This document shows, piece after piece, positions 40,361 through 47,917 of a stretch of DNA of 64,000 nucleotides (positions are counted from its first letter, which is position 1; the number at the start of each line of letters is the position of its first letter). Made by a program: the position numbers and the translations under genes. The DNA is from a phage. The notes beneath the pieces are model-generated. The model was not told where the DNA came from. It made no database searches and saw only the letters and a program-made list of their open reading frames with translations. The stretch lies in assembly GCA_024613925.1 (NCBI GenBank), contig GCA_024613925.1_4713.1; one strand, written 5' to 3'.

Positions 40361-40748
40361 TTACTTCCTCCTGCCACTTGATAAAATTACCACGCTCGGA
40401 TCGCAGAACACCACCCAGATCGTACGATATACCTTTCTCTGTGACAATCCCACCAATCTGGAGATCGACACGTTCCGTCGTCGGATCGATATACTTGACA
40501 CGGACTTTCAATTCCACGCGATCGTAATAACGCATTAAATAATCATACAGCATCCGGTACGTCGCATCTTCCAATTTGGGTGCGCTATACTGCGATGTTG
40601 CAATGAGGTACGGTAGTGAAACGATAGAGCCTTGATAGCAATACGACTGGGAATAATTCGATATTGCGAAATTGGTCATTAACCCATCCAACTTTTTACC
40701 CGACGCGGTTAAAAAGCTCGACAGCCCAGGTAACGGATTCGATGCCAT
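40341..40748 (-). CDS. hypothetical protein
   Basis: 135-aa ORF. Confidence 0.5.
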   Translation of the reverse strand: MASNPLPGLSSFLTASGKKLDGLMTNFAISNYSQSYCYQGSIVSLPYLIATSQYSAPKLEDATYRMLYDYLMRYYDRVELKVRVKYIDPTTERVDLQIGGIVTEKGISYDLGGVLRSERGNFIKWQEEVNEGAPN

Positions 40749-40761
40749 GAGGAACTCCTCT

Positions 40762-41235
40762 TTAAGCGTAATTCATTCCAACCAATCTATCGTAGTTAGG
40801 CATATGCCCTAACTCCAGTTCGACGGGCATGGATACATTGGTGCGTGGTGCGTAAAATGTTCGCGTATGCATATCGATATACCCACAGTCCAAATAAACA
40901 ATATTGGACAACTCCGCTGGATGTTTAGGTGCGGGAATCTTTAGTCGATTATAACACTCAAGCTGCCACCAGGCATGAAAAAAGTTATTGTAGGCGTACG
41001 ATTTACTGTTGGCAACTTTAAGTCCGTAGATCACCCATAACGCCGCCATGAAGTTGGTTGCGTTAATTCGCATCGGTTGTTCATTATTGAGCATGTACGT
41101 GTAGGTAAACAACGGTGTGTTACCATCACCGAAACGCCCGACTAAGGTATTGTTCGTGTGTTCGACCTCGAAGGAAAAATGCTGGCTGCTATTGCCATCA
41201 AAATGGATCATTCCGTTCTCCTCAAGCTTTTTCAT
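40762..41235 (-). CDS. hypothetical protein
   Basis: Track ORF 40762..41301; start moved to Met23 (MKKLEENG...) because upstream codons are the 41290..41319 hairpin. Confidence 0.5.
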   Translation of the reverse strand: MKKLEENGMIHFDGNSSQHFSFEVEHTNNTLVGRFGDGNTPLFTYTYMLNNEQPMRINATNFMAALWVIYGLKVANSKSYAYNNFFHAWWQLECYNRLKIPAPKHPAELSNIVYLDCGYIDMHTRTFYAPRTNVSMPVELELGHMPNYDRLVGMNYA

Positions 41236-41289
41236 TTCATAGAGTGGTGGAAATTCGTAGAAAGTTACAAAAATAAAAAAGAATGGGCA

Positions 41290-41319
41290 GCCTCTCCCCA
41301 CCCGAAGGTAGGGAGAGGC
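41290..41319 (-). terminator. hairpin gcctctccc / gggagaggc
   Basis: 9-bp stem, 12-nt loop, 12 nt after stop of 41331..41816. Confidence 0.5.
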
Positions 41320-41330
41320 CGCAAATATAT

Positions 41331-41816
41331 TTAAACCAAAGCTGCGATAACGTCGTTAACATTGCGGCCTCGCAACTCTGCCGCTAAACGAATAACTTCA
41401 TCCAGGGAACGGTTTGTACGAATCTTGGCCACTTTCCAATTTTCAGGATACTGTTCGAAGTTAAGCAACCAAGTCATTACCTTTGCTTGTTCCATACCGT
41501 TGAGTTTGATTGTCGTACGCGGATTGGCTTTGAACCACTTCTTGCTCAGCTGTGCCATACGGCGAACAGGGTAAGCGTAAGCGCGAGTCCAGTCTTTAGA
41601 CAGATTGTCGAGTAATTCACAGTAGCTGCTGTCGTAGTCTTTGTTGATACGACGTAATAACCAGTTGGCGGTCATCTGATAAAGTTTATCATCTTCGCGT
41701 AACCGCATACCTGCTACTGCTAAATAAATGATAAGACCTGCGCCCAGGATGAGAGACAGGATAAACAGAATTTGGGTTTCTTGTGCTAAAGTCATTTTAC
41801 TATCCTCGGATTTCAT
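41331..41816 (-). CDS. membrane protein (single N-terminal TM helix)
   Basis: 161 aa; ILFILSLILGAGLIIYLAVAG hydrophobic segment near N-terminus. Confidence 0.5.
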   Translation of the reverse strand: MKSEDSKMTLAQETQILFILSLILGAGLIIYLAVAGMRLREDDKLYQMTANWLLRRINKDYDSSYCELLDNLSKDWTRAYAYPVRRMAQLSKKWFKANPRTTIKLNGMEQAKVMTWLLNFEQYPENWKVAKIRTNRSLDEVIRLAAELRGRNVNDVIAALV

Positions 41817-41880
41817 TAGGATTTAATTTCCAATATAAGGACTATGTGATATGCCTTATACAGTCGATTGATGTTGTACA

Positions 41881-41905
41881 TCACCTAAGTAATATAGCCG
41901 TGAAA
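41881..41905 (-). promoter_or_regulatory. conserved promoter-like motif (minus-strand reading TTTCACGGCTATATTACTTAGGTGA)
   Basis: 65 nt upstream of start of 41331..41816. Confidence 0.45.
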
Positions 41906-41914
41906 AATGTTGGA

Positions 41915-42712
41915 TTAACGTGTTCTCCTATCCCGATGCGTATACGACTGAAGACCGATGTCCATATGCGGTAACGTTAGCGTCTGCCAGATCTGTCGTG
42001 CGTAGCGATCAAGCGTATGATCGTCAGTAACACAATCGACGGGTTCGATGAGGTGAGTCGTATACTGGCTTTTCTCAGAGAAAGGTTCGAGGTTAGCTGT
42101 ATCTCCTAATCCGCTTTTCACCGTGAAGACAAGACGTGTGACTATCATCGCTTTATGTTGCTGTTCATTATAACGAAGGCTGCGGTATACTGCATAGCTC
42201 CCTCCTTTTAAGCTTCGGGTATAACGAAGGTCGGAGGTCGTCTCGGAAATCTGATACAGCATCCAATCCAACGTATCTCGCCAGTACGCATCATCCACAT
42301 CAGGAACCGTAATACCGTACCGCGTAGGCAGCAATTCTAAAAGCAATTTATAAAGTCCGCGACGCAAGCCATGCTCTTCTGTTTCCGACAAGCCGTTTCC
42401 AACGTAACGTGAAATACGTGTACGTAAATACGTACGGATGAACATATTCGCCATCAGTGTTTTCACTCTGCTACTGGTATCCTCAAAGCGATCAACGCTG
42501 AAACTCGTTTCAATCAACCGTCCATTAAAATACAATGCGGCAACATACATCGCGTTATTACTATCACGTTCAATGTTTAAACGGCCGCAGATATTGGCTG
42601 CGTCGTTCATGGTAAATTCTAATTTATCGTGTTCGATACGATAGATAATATCCTCTTGGGTTGCTAGGCTCGCAATGCGACGATAGCCCGGAGAAGTACG
42701 TTTTACACTCAT
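41915..42712 (-). CDS. hypothetical protein
   Basis: Track ORF 41915..42751; start moved to Met14 (GAGGA 5 nt upstream) to clear the hairpin. Confidence 0.5.
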   Translation of the reverse strand: MSVKRTSPGYRRIASLATQEDIIYRIEHDKLEFTMNDAANICGRLNIERDSNNAMYVAALYFNGRLIETSFSVDRFEDTSSRVKTLMANMFIRTYLRTRISRYVGNGLSETEEHGLRRGLYKLLLELLPTRYGITVPDVDDAYWRDTLDWMLYQISETTSDLRYTRSLKGGSYAVYRSLRYNEQQHKAMIVTRLVFTVKSGLGDTANLEPFSEKSQYTTHLIEPVDCVTDDHTLDRYARQIWQTLTLPHMDIGLQSYTHRDRRTR

Positions 42713-42754
42713 GATTGTCCTCGTTTTCAATTTTAAGATTGCATGCGGCATAAA

Positions 42755-42779
42755 CCCTCCCCGCCTTATGCAGGGAGGG
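42755..42779 (-). terminator. hairpin ccctccc / gggaggg
   Basis: 7-bp stem after stop of 42795..43433. Confidence 0.5.
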
Positions 42780-42794
42780 TAGCCATTAAATGGA

Positions 42795-43433
42795 TTAACC
42801 TAATTTACCACCGGCGATATTGGTGAAATCTTCGCCATCAGGAACTTGCAGTAGGATACGTGCCATGTCCCAGTTGGTTAGTGTGATTGCTTTATCATCG
42901 ATACTCAGTTCTGGTAGGTCGAGTTCATGATCATCAAACTCGTAGGAAATACTCCACGTTTCGTCTGTTTTAGGATCGGTTATCAACACACCGTCTGTTA
43001 CACGCATGTAGTCCGGATGCAGTTCATTACTGAACGTGCTGAACGGATCGGTGTAACATTCAGCATACCCCTCGATCTGCTGACGTTGTGCCTTCGTACG
43101 TAATTCAGGGCACGCCATGATCAGTTGTCGAGATATACCGTTTGCCGCACGGAAGTCTTCCACGGTGATACATGGCATAACCACATCGTCATGGAAGATG
43201 TTCTCCGATTGTCTCAACAGCGTCTTACGGAGTTCAGCATAGTTTATCTGATTGAACGCATCGAACGTTGCTAACGATTCAGCGTAAAAATGCTTTACGT
43301 GTTCGCTTGCGCCGCCGAGGCTATTCATCAGCTTGTGGCCGTACTCCATAAAGCTTTTATCGAGACCGGAGGACATTTCTCCGAACCTCAGTGCACGATA
43401 ACTGTCTCGTCCACCTGTAAATATTTGCGCCAT
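42795..43433 (-). CDS. hypothetical protein (possibly a further RNAP beta-prime segment)
   Basis: 212 aa; AAGGAGG 10 nt upstream of its ATG, overlapping the stop of the 43449..43694 exon; homology to beta-prime not demonstrable by eye. Confidence 0.5.
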   Translation of the reverse strand: MAQIFTGGRDSYRALRFGEMSSGLDKSFMEYGHKLMNSLGGASEHVKHFYAESLATFDAFNQINYAELRKTLLRQSENIFHDDVVMPCITVEDFRAANGISRQLIMACPELRTKAQRQQIEGYAECYTDPFSTFSNELHPDYMRVTDGVLITDPKTDETWSISYEFDDHELDLPELSIDDKAITLTNWDMARILLQVPDGEDFTNIAGGKLG

Positions 43434-43448
43434 TACAGGCGTCCTCCT

Positions 43449-43694
43449 TTAGCAATGGTTGTTAGTTGCTTCTATTTCGTCAAGATACGGTTCTACGTCA
43501 TCGCCCTCCACGAATTCGTTGAACCAACAGTCAATGGTAGAAATAACCGGCGACTGGTGTTCACATTTCTTAGATACCTTAAAAGGTACGTTATTATCCA
43601 TCATACCGAGTTCGGGTCGAAAACGCCCGAAATGTTTCGCAGTCCAAATATCTGGGACGATATGGTTGTTCATCGTAGTGTTCAGCATGAGTCG
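43449..43694 (-). CDS. RNA polymerase beta-prime N-fragment, exon 3 (or separately translated 79-aa segment from ATG 43688)
   Basis: Reading from 43694: RLMLNTTMNNHIVPD resembles E. coli beta-prime ARALMMSTNNILSPAN, directly downstream of NADFDGD in the alignment. Begins CGAC after G43695. Confidence 0.5.
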   Translation of the reverse strand, partial: RLMLNTTMNNHIVPDIWTAKHFGRFRPELGMMDNNVPFKVSKKCEHQSPVISTIDCWFNEFVEGDDVEPYLDEIEATNNHC

Positions 43695-44028
43695 CTACCT
43701 CATACCCGCAGCTTTACCTGCAGCTTCCGGTGTTACCGGAATGACCAGAATACATCTTATCCATATTCCAAATGGAACGTAGGACTTCCGCGCTGGATCT
43801 CGCTTGAGACCACGTATTCGTTGAACGTTCTCCTGAACGGAGCTTCGCTGCTGATCGAACATTGTCACGTACGGTAGGCGTCCCCGAAGGGATTGTCATT
43901 GAAGCCGCGTACATCCGCTACCTTGTTTCTACCTTATCGGTTCCTCTTACGAGGCGTAGCGGCCTTAGCCCTTCCCAGCAATTCACGGAATCCAAGCTCT
44001 TCCTTTCGGAAGGCAGGGCCTATGATTA
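43695..44028 (-). ncRNA. group I intron-like core, copy 2
   Basis: Minus-strand P (AATTGCTGGGAAG, 43983..43971), Q (GATCAGCAGC, 43856..43847), R (GTTCAACGAATACG, 43826..43813), S (AAGATGTATTCTGG, 43758..43745). P4 and P7 pairings hold with compensatory changes relative to copy 1. No ORF on coding strand. No IGS identified for its 5' junction. Confidence 0.5.
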
Positions 44029-44041
44029 AGCGTCACCGTCG
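44029..44041 (-). CDS. micro-exon CGACGGTGACGCT encoding the catalytic D-G-D of beta-prime
   Basis: Only GAYGGNGAY in the 725-nt interruption; follows G44042; joins exon 1 (...AAC GCA GAT TT) in frame to give NADFDGDA; CGACGGU is complementary 7/7 to ACCGUCG at 44375..44369 (P10). Confidence 0.55.
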
Positions 44042-44419
44042 CTGTTTATCGACTATATCTTCATCCTCGTTGCGAGGAGTCTCCCGTTTTGGTCTGTGTT
44101 TAACAGAGCCTACTCTACTCGACATCGCGTCTTTCGATAGTCTGTGAGCACACATCTTAACGAACATTCGTGGATTCCTAAACAGGTGAATGTTCTTGTT
44201 GAGATGCTTCGCTGCGGATTATTCCCGTCCTACCTCTTTTACCATATCCAGTTCATTACGCTGGCCCTCATCTGTGTCACCACGATGAGTTGGTGTGTAG
44301 TCCGATTACAGAAACTTCCCGTCAATTAGAGAGTTTTAACTATGTTCCTGTTACCAGAAACCAGATCCCGACGGTATCAATAAATCAACGTAAGTTATTG
44401 AATTTATTGAAAAAAACTG
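44042..44419 (-). ncRNA. group I intron, copy 1
   Basis: Minus-strand P (AATTGACGGGAAG, 44327..44315), Q (AATCCGCAGC, 44220..44211), R (GCTCACAGACTATCG, 44149..44135), S (AAGATATAGTCG, 44061..44050) match the classical consensus elements from memory. IGS GGAUCUG (44368..44362) pairs with exon-1 end CAGAUUU with U-G at the splice site; ends with G44042. Confidence 0.7.
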
Positions 44420-45675
44420 AAATCTGCGTTATAACCTTTGAGGATCATCACGCTTAACCCGATGGTGTTATCCTGCGGATCGCGTTTAACCTTGGTGATT
44501 TCAAGACATTGGTTACTGCTTCGGTCAAGTGATGGGTTTCGAACAAAACCACACACAATCCCATCGAACGGTGTATCAGCAATAAGCTCATCGTGCAGCT
44601 CGCTCATCATCGGATGATAATTACGGACATGTTCCGCAACGAACGCACGTGCTGCTCTCGGTGAATACCCACGATGGAATAGCTTGGATTGGATATGTTC
44701 TTTATTGGTTAAAGTAAATGGTGCGTATGGGAAATGCAGATGATAATAACGATGGTTCGCTGTTATCGAACTGATTACGGTACGCGTGGTGAATGGATGT
44801 AATGTACCTAATATGTTTTTACGTGTGATACCTTTCTTCTTACCGATGAACTCATCGAAAATCGCCGCATGGTATTGCAGCAGCTTCAATTGCACTTTCG
44901 CCATCCAGTTTTCTTTCTTTCTGGCGCTCAAAGGTGTTGTTGGATGATAGATGCTATTCAACGTACCGATAGCATCGATCGCACCTTCCATTTTGCTATC
45001 CGCATAACGACCGGTTGGCGTATTCTCGATAACGAACATCATGGCCGCAGGAAAGCTGATATACTGGCTGAAGAACTTATCACGATGGATACGGATGAAT
45101 TCTCGTAGTGTGTCAACTTTCTCCGTGTTCTTCGGTCCACGTAACGTCGGTCCTTTATACAAGATCTCCATGATGCGATCGAAGTTCTGTATAAAACTAT
45201 TTACGCCACGACGTATCCCGAATACATCGAATTGCTGCTCCAGATAGTTCTTGAGTTCGATGGGTCGTTTTACATTTGGACGGTAACTGGCATCAATGAG
45301 CCACGTCATCGTTTCAAAGCTTTTGATATTCAACTCGCTTGCCAGCACGAGATGGACCAACGGGTTAATGAACGCATCGATTCCTTCAGGAACGCGCGCC
45401 CAAACCGTCGAACGAATCTCTTGTTCTGCTGGGTAGGTTACAACCGTTTTACAGTTTGGACACACCGTGCCGAGCAGCTCACCACGATTGTAGAAACCAC
45501 AACCACATTGTGGTGTGATATCCAACGTATCGCTGGAGTAAACACGGGTGATAAAACTGTTTAATTTCTTCTTCTCTTCGACGACTTTTGTATCGTAATC
45601 GTTCAACAAAATCGGCGTAAAAGGAAGTTCTGCGAGCTGTCTATCGAAACTCACGATATCGAGCATGATGGCCAT
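44420..45675 (-). CDS. RNA polymerase beta-prime N-terminal fragment, exon 1
   Basis: GKKKGITRKNILGTLHPFTTRTVI resembles E. coli [31 protein letters not shown] resembles LNRAPTLHR; unspliced ORF ends ...GYNADF then SFFQ-stop, i.e. inside NADFDGD. N-terminal C-x-C...C-x-x-C zinc motif. AGGAGA upstream of ATG 45675. Confidence 0.7.
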
Positions 45676-45717
45676 GGGGTATCTCCTACAAATGAAAAAG
45701 AACGTTAGGACGTATAA

Positions 45718-45741
45718 GGGAGGGAGGTTGCCCTCCCTCCC
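45718..45741 (-). terminator. hairpin gggagggagg-ttgc-cctccctccc
   Basis: 10-bp perfect stem after stop of 45768..47663. Confidence 0.55.
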
Positions 45742-45767
45742 GTCAGATTACATCGAACGTTCTTCCA

Positions 45768-47663
45768 TTAGAACAGGTTGAATGCCCCACCCATGTTGTT
45801 ACCGCCAACATTCGGACGATCGCTACGTGCGTAGATGTTGCCGGAGATGTTACCCAGACCACGAGCACGTGCTGCCATGTTACCACGAACAGCGGTACCT
45901 GCCAGGTGCTGGATGTTCTCAGGACGGATGGTGAAGCCAGCATCAGCCGCAGCTTCGATCAGCGCCTGCAGTGCTAACGGATCGAAGTCGTAACGCATTG
46001 CCCAGCCGGTTTGTTCCCAGCTACCAGACAGAACACGATCAATGATTTCGTGACGAGCGACAACACGCTGAGACATCGTCATATCGGTACGGTCGAAGCT
46101 GTCTTCCCAAGCTTCTACGGTATCCGGGTTAGTGATGTTCATCATGTACAGATCGTCCATATCACGAATATCGTGACGGTGACCATCCTGGTGGTTGTAG
46201 TAACCCAGCGGGATACGGTTACCGGTAGCGTAGACCAGCGGTTGGCCGTATTGATATTTCTTGCTGAAGCAACCCAGGGTAGTATCATCGAAGGCACGGT
46301 AGAGTGCTTTGTAACCTTCGGAGATTTCTTGAACTTTACCGTCAACGTTGCCCGTAAAGATCTTCTCAGCCGCCGGGATCATACGCAGCAGCCAGCTATA
46401 CTCGCCTTCTTCCGGTACGTCGATAGAAATCAGCAGAGACGGATACAGAACCTGTTGCAGGAACTTGTAAATCTGCTCGTTGGTTTGCGTAGACAGATCC
46501 AGCGGTGCAGTCACTTCAGGATCCAGCACCATCGCCAGAGCACCTGGGTTATGCGGACCAATACCACGAGCCGCGTTGCTGATTAAAGACTGTGCCCATG
46601 CCATGCCGCTGTTCAGCGTAGCGATGGTACCAATCAGACCCAGCACGAAGCTGTTCGGTGTGAACGCATCCAGCTCCAGCGGGTAAACGCTGGTCATCAC
46701 GTAACGCGGCTGGTACTGTACAGTCGGCGGTACCGGATAGCCGTTAACCAGAACAGGGCCTTGGTTGAAGGTCGGGTTCTGCGGGCTGTAGGTCAGGTCA
46801 ATGTAACCGGTGGTGGCGACCAGACGCTGTTGACTATCGTAATCGCTCATCGCTTGACGGATGCGGTTAGAGATAGTTACAGTGATGTCAGAACGCACAG
46901 GGTTACCAACAATATCGCTGTCCTGCATACCGCTGGTGTTGTACTGAACGCTGCTGATTGGCTGATCGCTTGCCATCATGCCCAGGTTGAACTGCGGCAG
47001 ACCCAGTTTATCACCGAGACGGATTTCGATCGCGGTTTGGATTGCGTTATCTGCAGCAGACAGCAGGGTGGTTGCCAGATGCGCAGATTCAGCGGTGATT
47101 TCATTGGTCACCACAGCCAGACCAGCGATACGAACAGTACCGTTAGACTTACCGCCAATAGCTGAATACATTGCCGCCATGACTTCGTTGATGAACGTAC
47201 CGTTCAGGTTATCAACCCAGGTACGCGGTACCAGAATGTTACCATGCGGACCTTGTTCTTCACGACGCGGCAGCGGAGCCAGACCAGCAACCAGCGGCAG
47301 GACGTAACCGAAGAAGTGGTTATGATCACCAACTTTTGCACCGCTCATAACAACCAGGGTCGGATACGGTACGCTGTACTGGTTCGGGTCAACCGCAACA
47401 AAGATGAAGTCGTCTTTGAACTGGGTATCTTCCAGATATTTCTCCATCAGACGACGGAGATTCAGTACCTGCTCGGAGCCGGTATTACGGCTGATACGAC
47501 GGCTCAGTGTACGGTTGATCGTACGCATCGTATGAGTTACTTTAGGACGGTCGGCAAAATCTGCAGCGGTTTCCAGCGCCTCATCAGCACGTTGTGCGGT
47601 GCGGGTTTCAGCTGCACGAATTTCTACATTATCGTTACCGTTATTACGTACGTCTAAGCCCAT
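45768..47663 (-). CDS. abundant structural/shell-type protein; candidate chimallin (phage-nucleus shell), alternatively a virion protein
   Basis: 631 aa; lies immediately upstream of the beta-prime N gene, which I recall is the chimallin/nvRNAP arrangement in phiKZ; own promoter motif and strong hairpin. No sequence-level confirmation possible here. Confidence 0.3.
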   Translation of the reverse strand: MGLDVRNNGNDNVEIRAAETRTAQRADEALETAADFADRPKVTHTMRTINRTLSRRISRNTGSEQVLNLRRLMEKYLEDTQFKDDFIFVAVDPNQYSVPYPTLVVMSGAKVGDHNHFFGYVLPLVAGLAPLPRREEQGPHGNILVPRTWVDNLNGTFINEVMAAMYSAIGGKSNGTVRIAGLAVVTNEITAESAHLATTLLSAADNAIQTAIEIRLGDKLGLPQFNLGMMASDQPISSVQYNTSGMQDSDIVGNPVRSDITVTISNRIRQAMSDYDSQQRLVATTGYIDLTYSPQNPTFNQGPVLVNGYPVPPTVQYQPRYVMTSVYPLELDAFTPNSFVLGLIGTIATLNSGMAWAQSLISNAARGIGPHNPGALAMVLDPEVTAPLDLSTQTNEQIYKFLQQVLYPSLLISIDVPEEGEYSWLLRMIPAAEKIFTGNVDGKVQEISEGYKALYRAFDDTTLGCFSKKYQYGQPLVYATGNRIPLGYYNHQDGHRHDIRDMDDLYMMNITNPDTVEAWEDSFDRTDMTMSQRVVARHEIIDRVLSGSWEQTGWAMRYDFDPLALQALIEAAADAGFTIRPENIQHLAGTAVRGNMAARARGLGNISGNIYARSDRPNVGGNNMGGAFNLF

Positions 47664-47693
47664 TTGGGATTCCTCTTTTCTTAAACTTTATTA

Positions 47694-47705
47694 AATGACG
47701 TCATT
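47694..47705. promoter_or_regulatory. perfect palindrome AATGACGTCATT
   Basis: Second copy (first at 18677..18688); about 30 nt upstream of ATG 47663 on minus strand. Confidence 0.35.
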
Positions 47706-47727
47706 GAATCAGCTTCTACTCGCTCAT

Positions 47728-47752
47728 TCACCTAGGTAATATAACCCTGAAA
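47728..47752 (-). promoter_or_regulatory. conserved promoter-like motif (minus-strand reading TTTCAGGGTTATATTACCTAGGTGA)
   Basis: 65 nt upstream of start of 45768..47663. Confidence 0.45.
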
Positions 47753-47917
47753 TTTTTTTCAATATTGGTGTAACCACATTGAACGATATAAACCCCTAGG
47801 CGAACGCTGCCGAGAAGCAACATTCTTTCTACATATAATCAGGATATGTCTGTAAACTTTTACTTCTCTTATTGAGAGTAATGTCATATCCGTTTATTAC
47901 CTTCTTACGGAGTTCGT

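Noticed and set aside
43714-43914. 66-aa minus-strand ORF (…DKMYSGHSGNTGSCR) inside the interruption, briefly considered as the continuation of beta-prime after DGD
   Set aside because: It lies across the R and S elements of intron core 2, is out of frame with both flanking exons and ends in a stop before the downstream exon.
43893-44329. Plus-strand ORFs 43893..44147 and 44144..44329 opposite the introns
   Set aside because: They are antisense to a structured RNA element within a minus-strand operon, with no ribosome-binding site and arginine/serine-rich low-complexity translations.
43695-44419. Single-intron model joining 44420 directly to 43694
   Set aside because: It gives NADFDSC-stop or NADF-RLM..., both destroying the catalytic aspartate triad; it also ignores the 7-bp P10 complementarity to the micro-exon.
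45768-47663. Calling this gene the major capsid protein
   Set aside because: No capsid motif is recognisable by eye and the neighbourhood fits a chimallin locus better; kept as uncertain.
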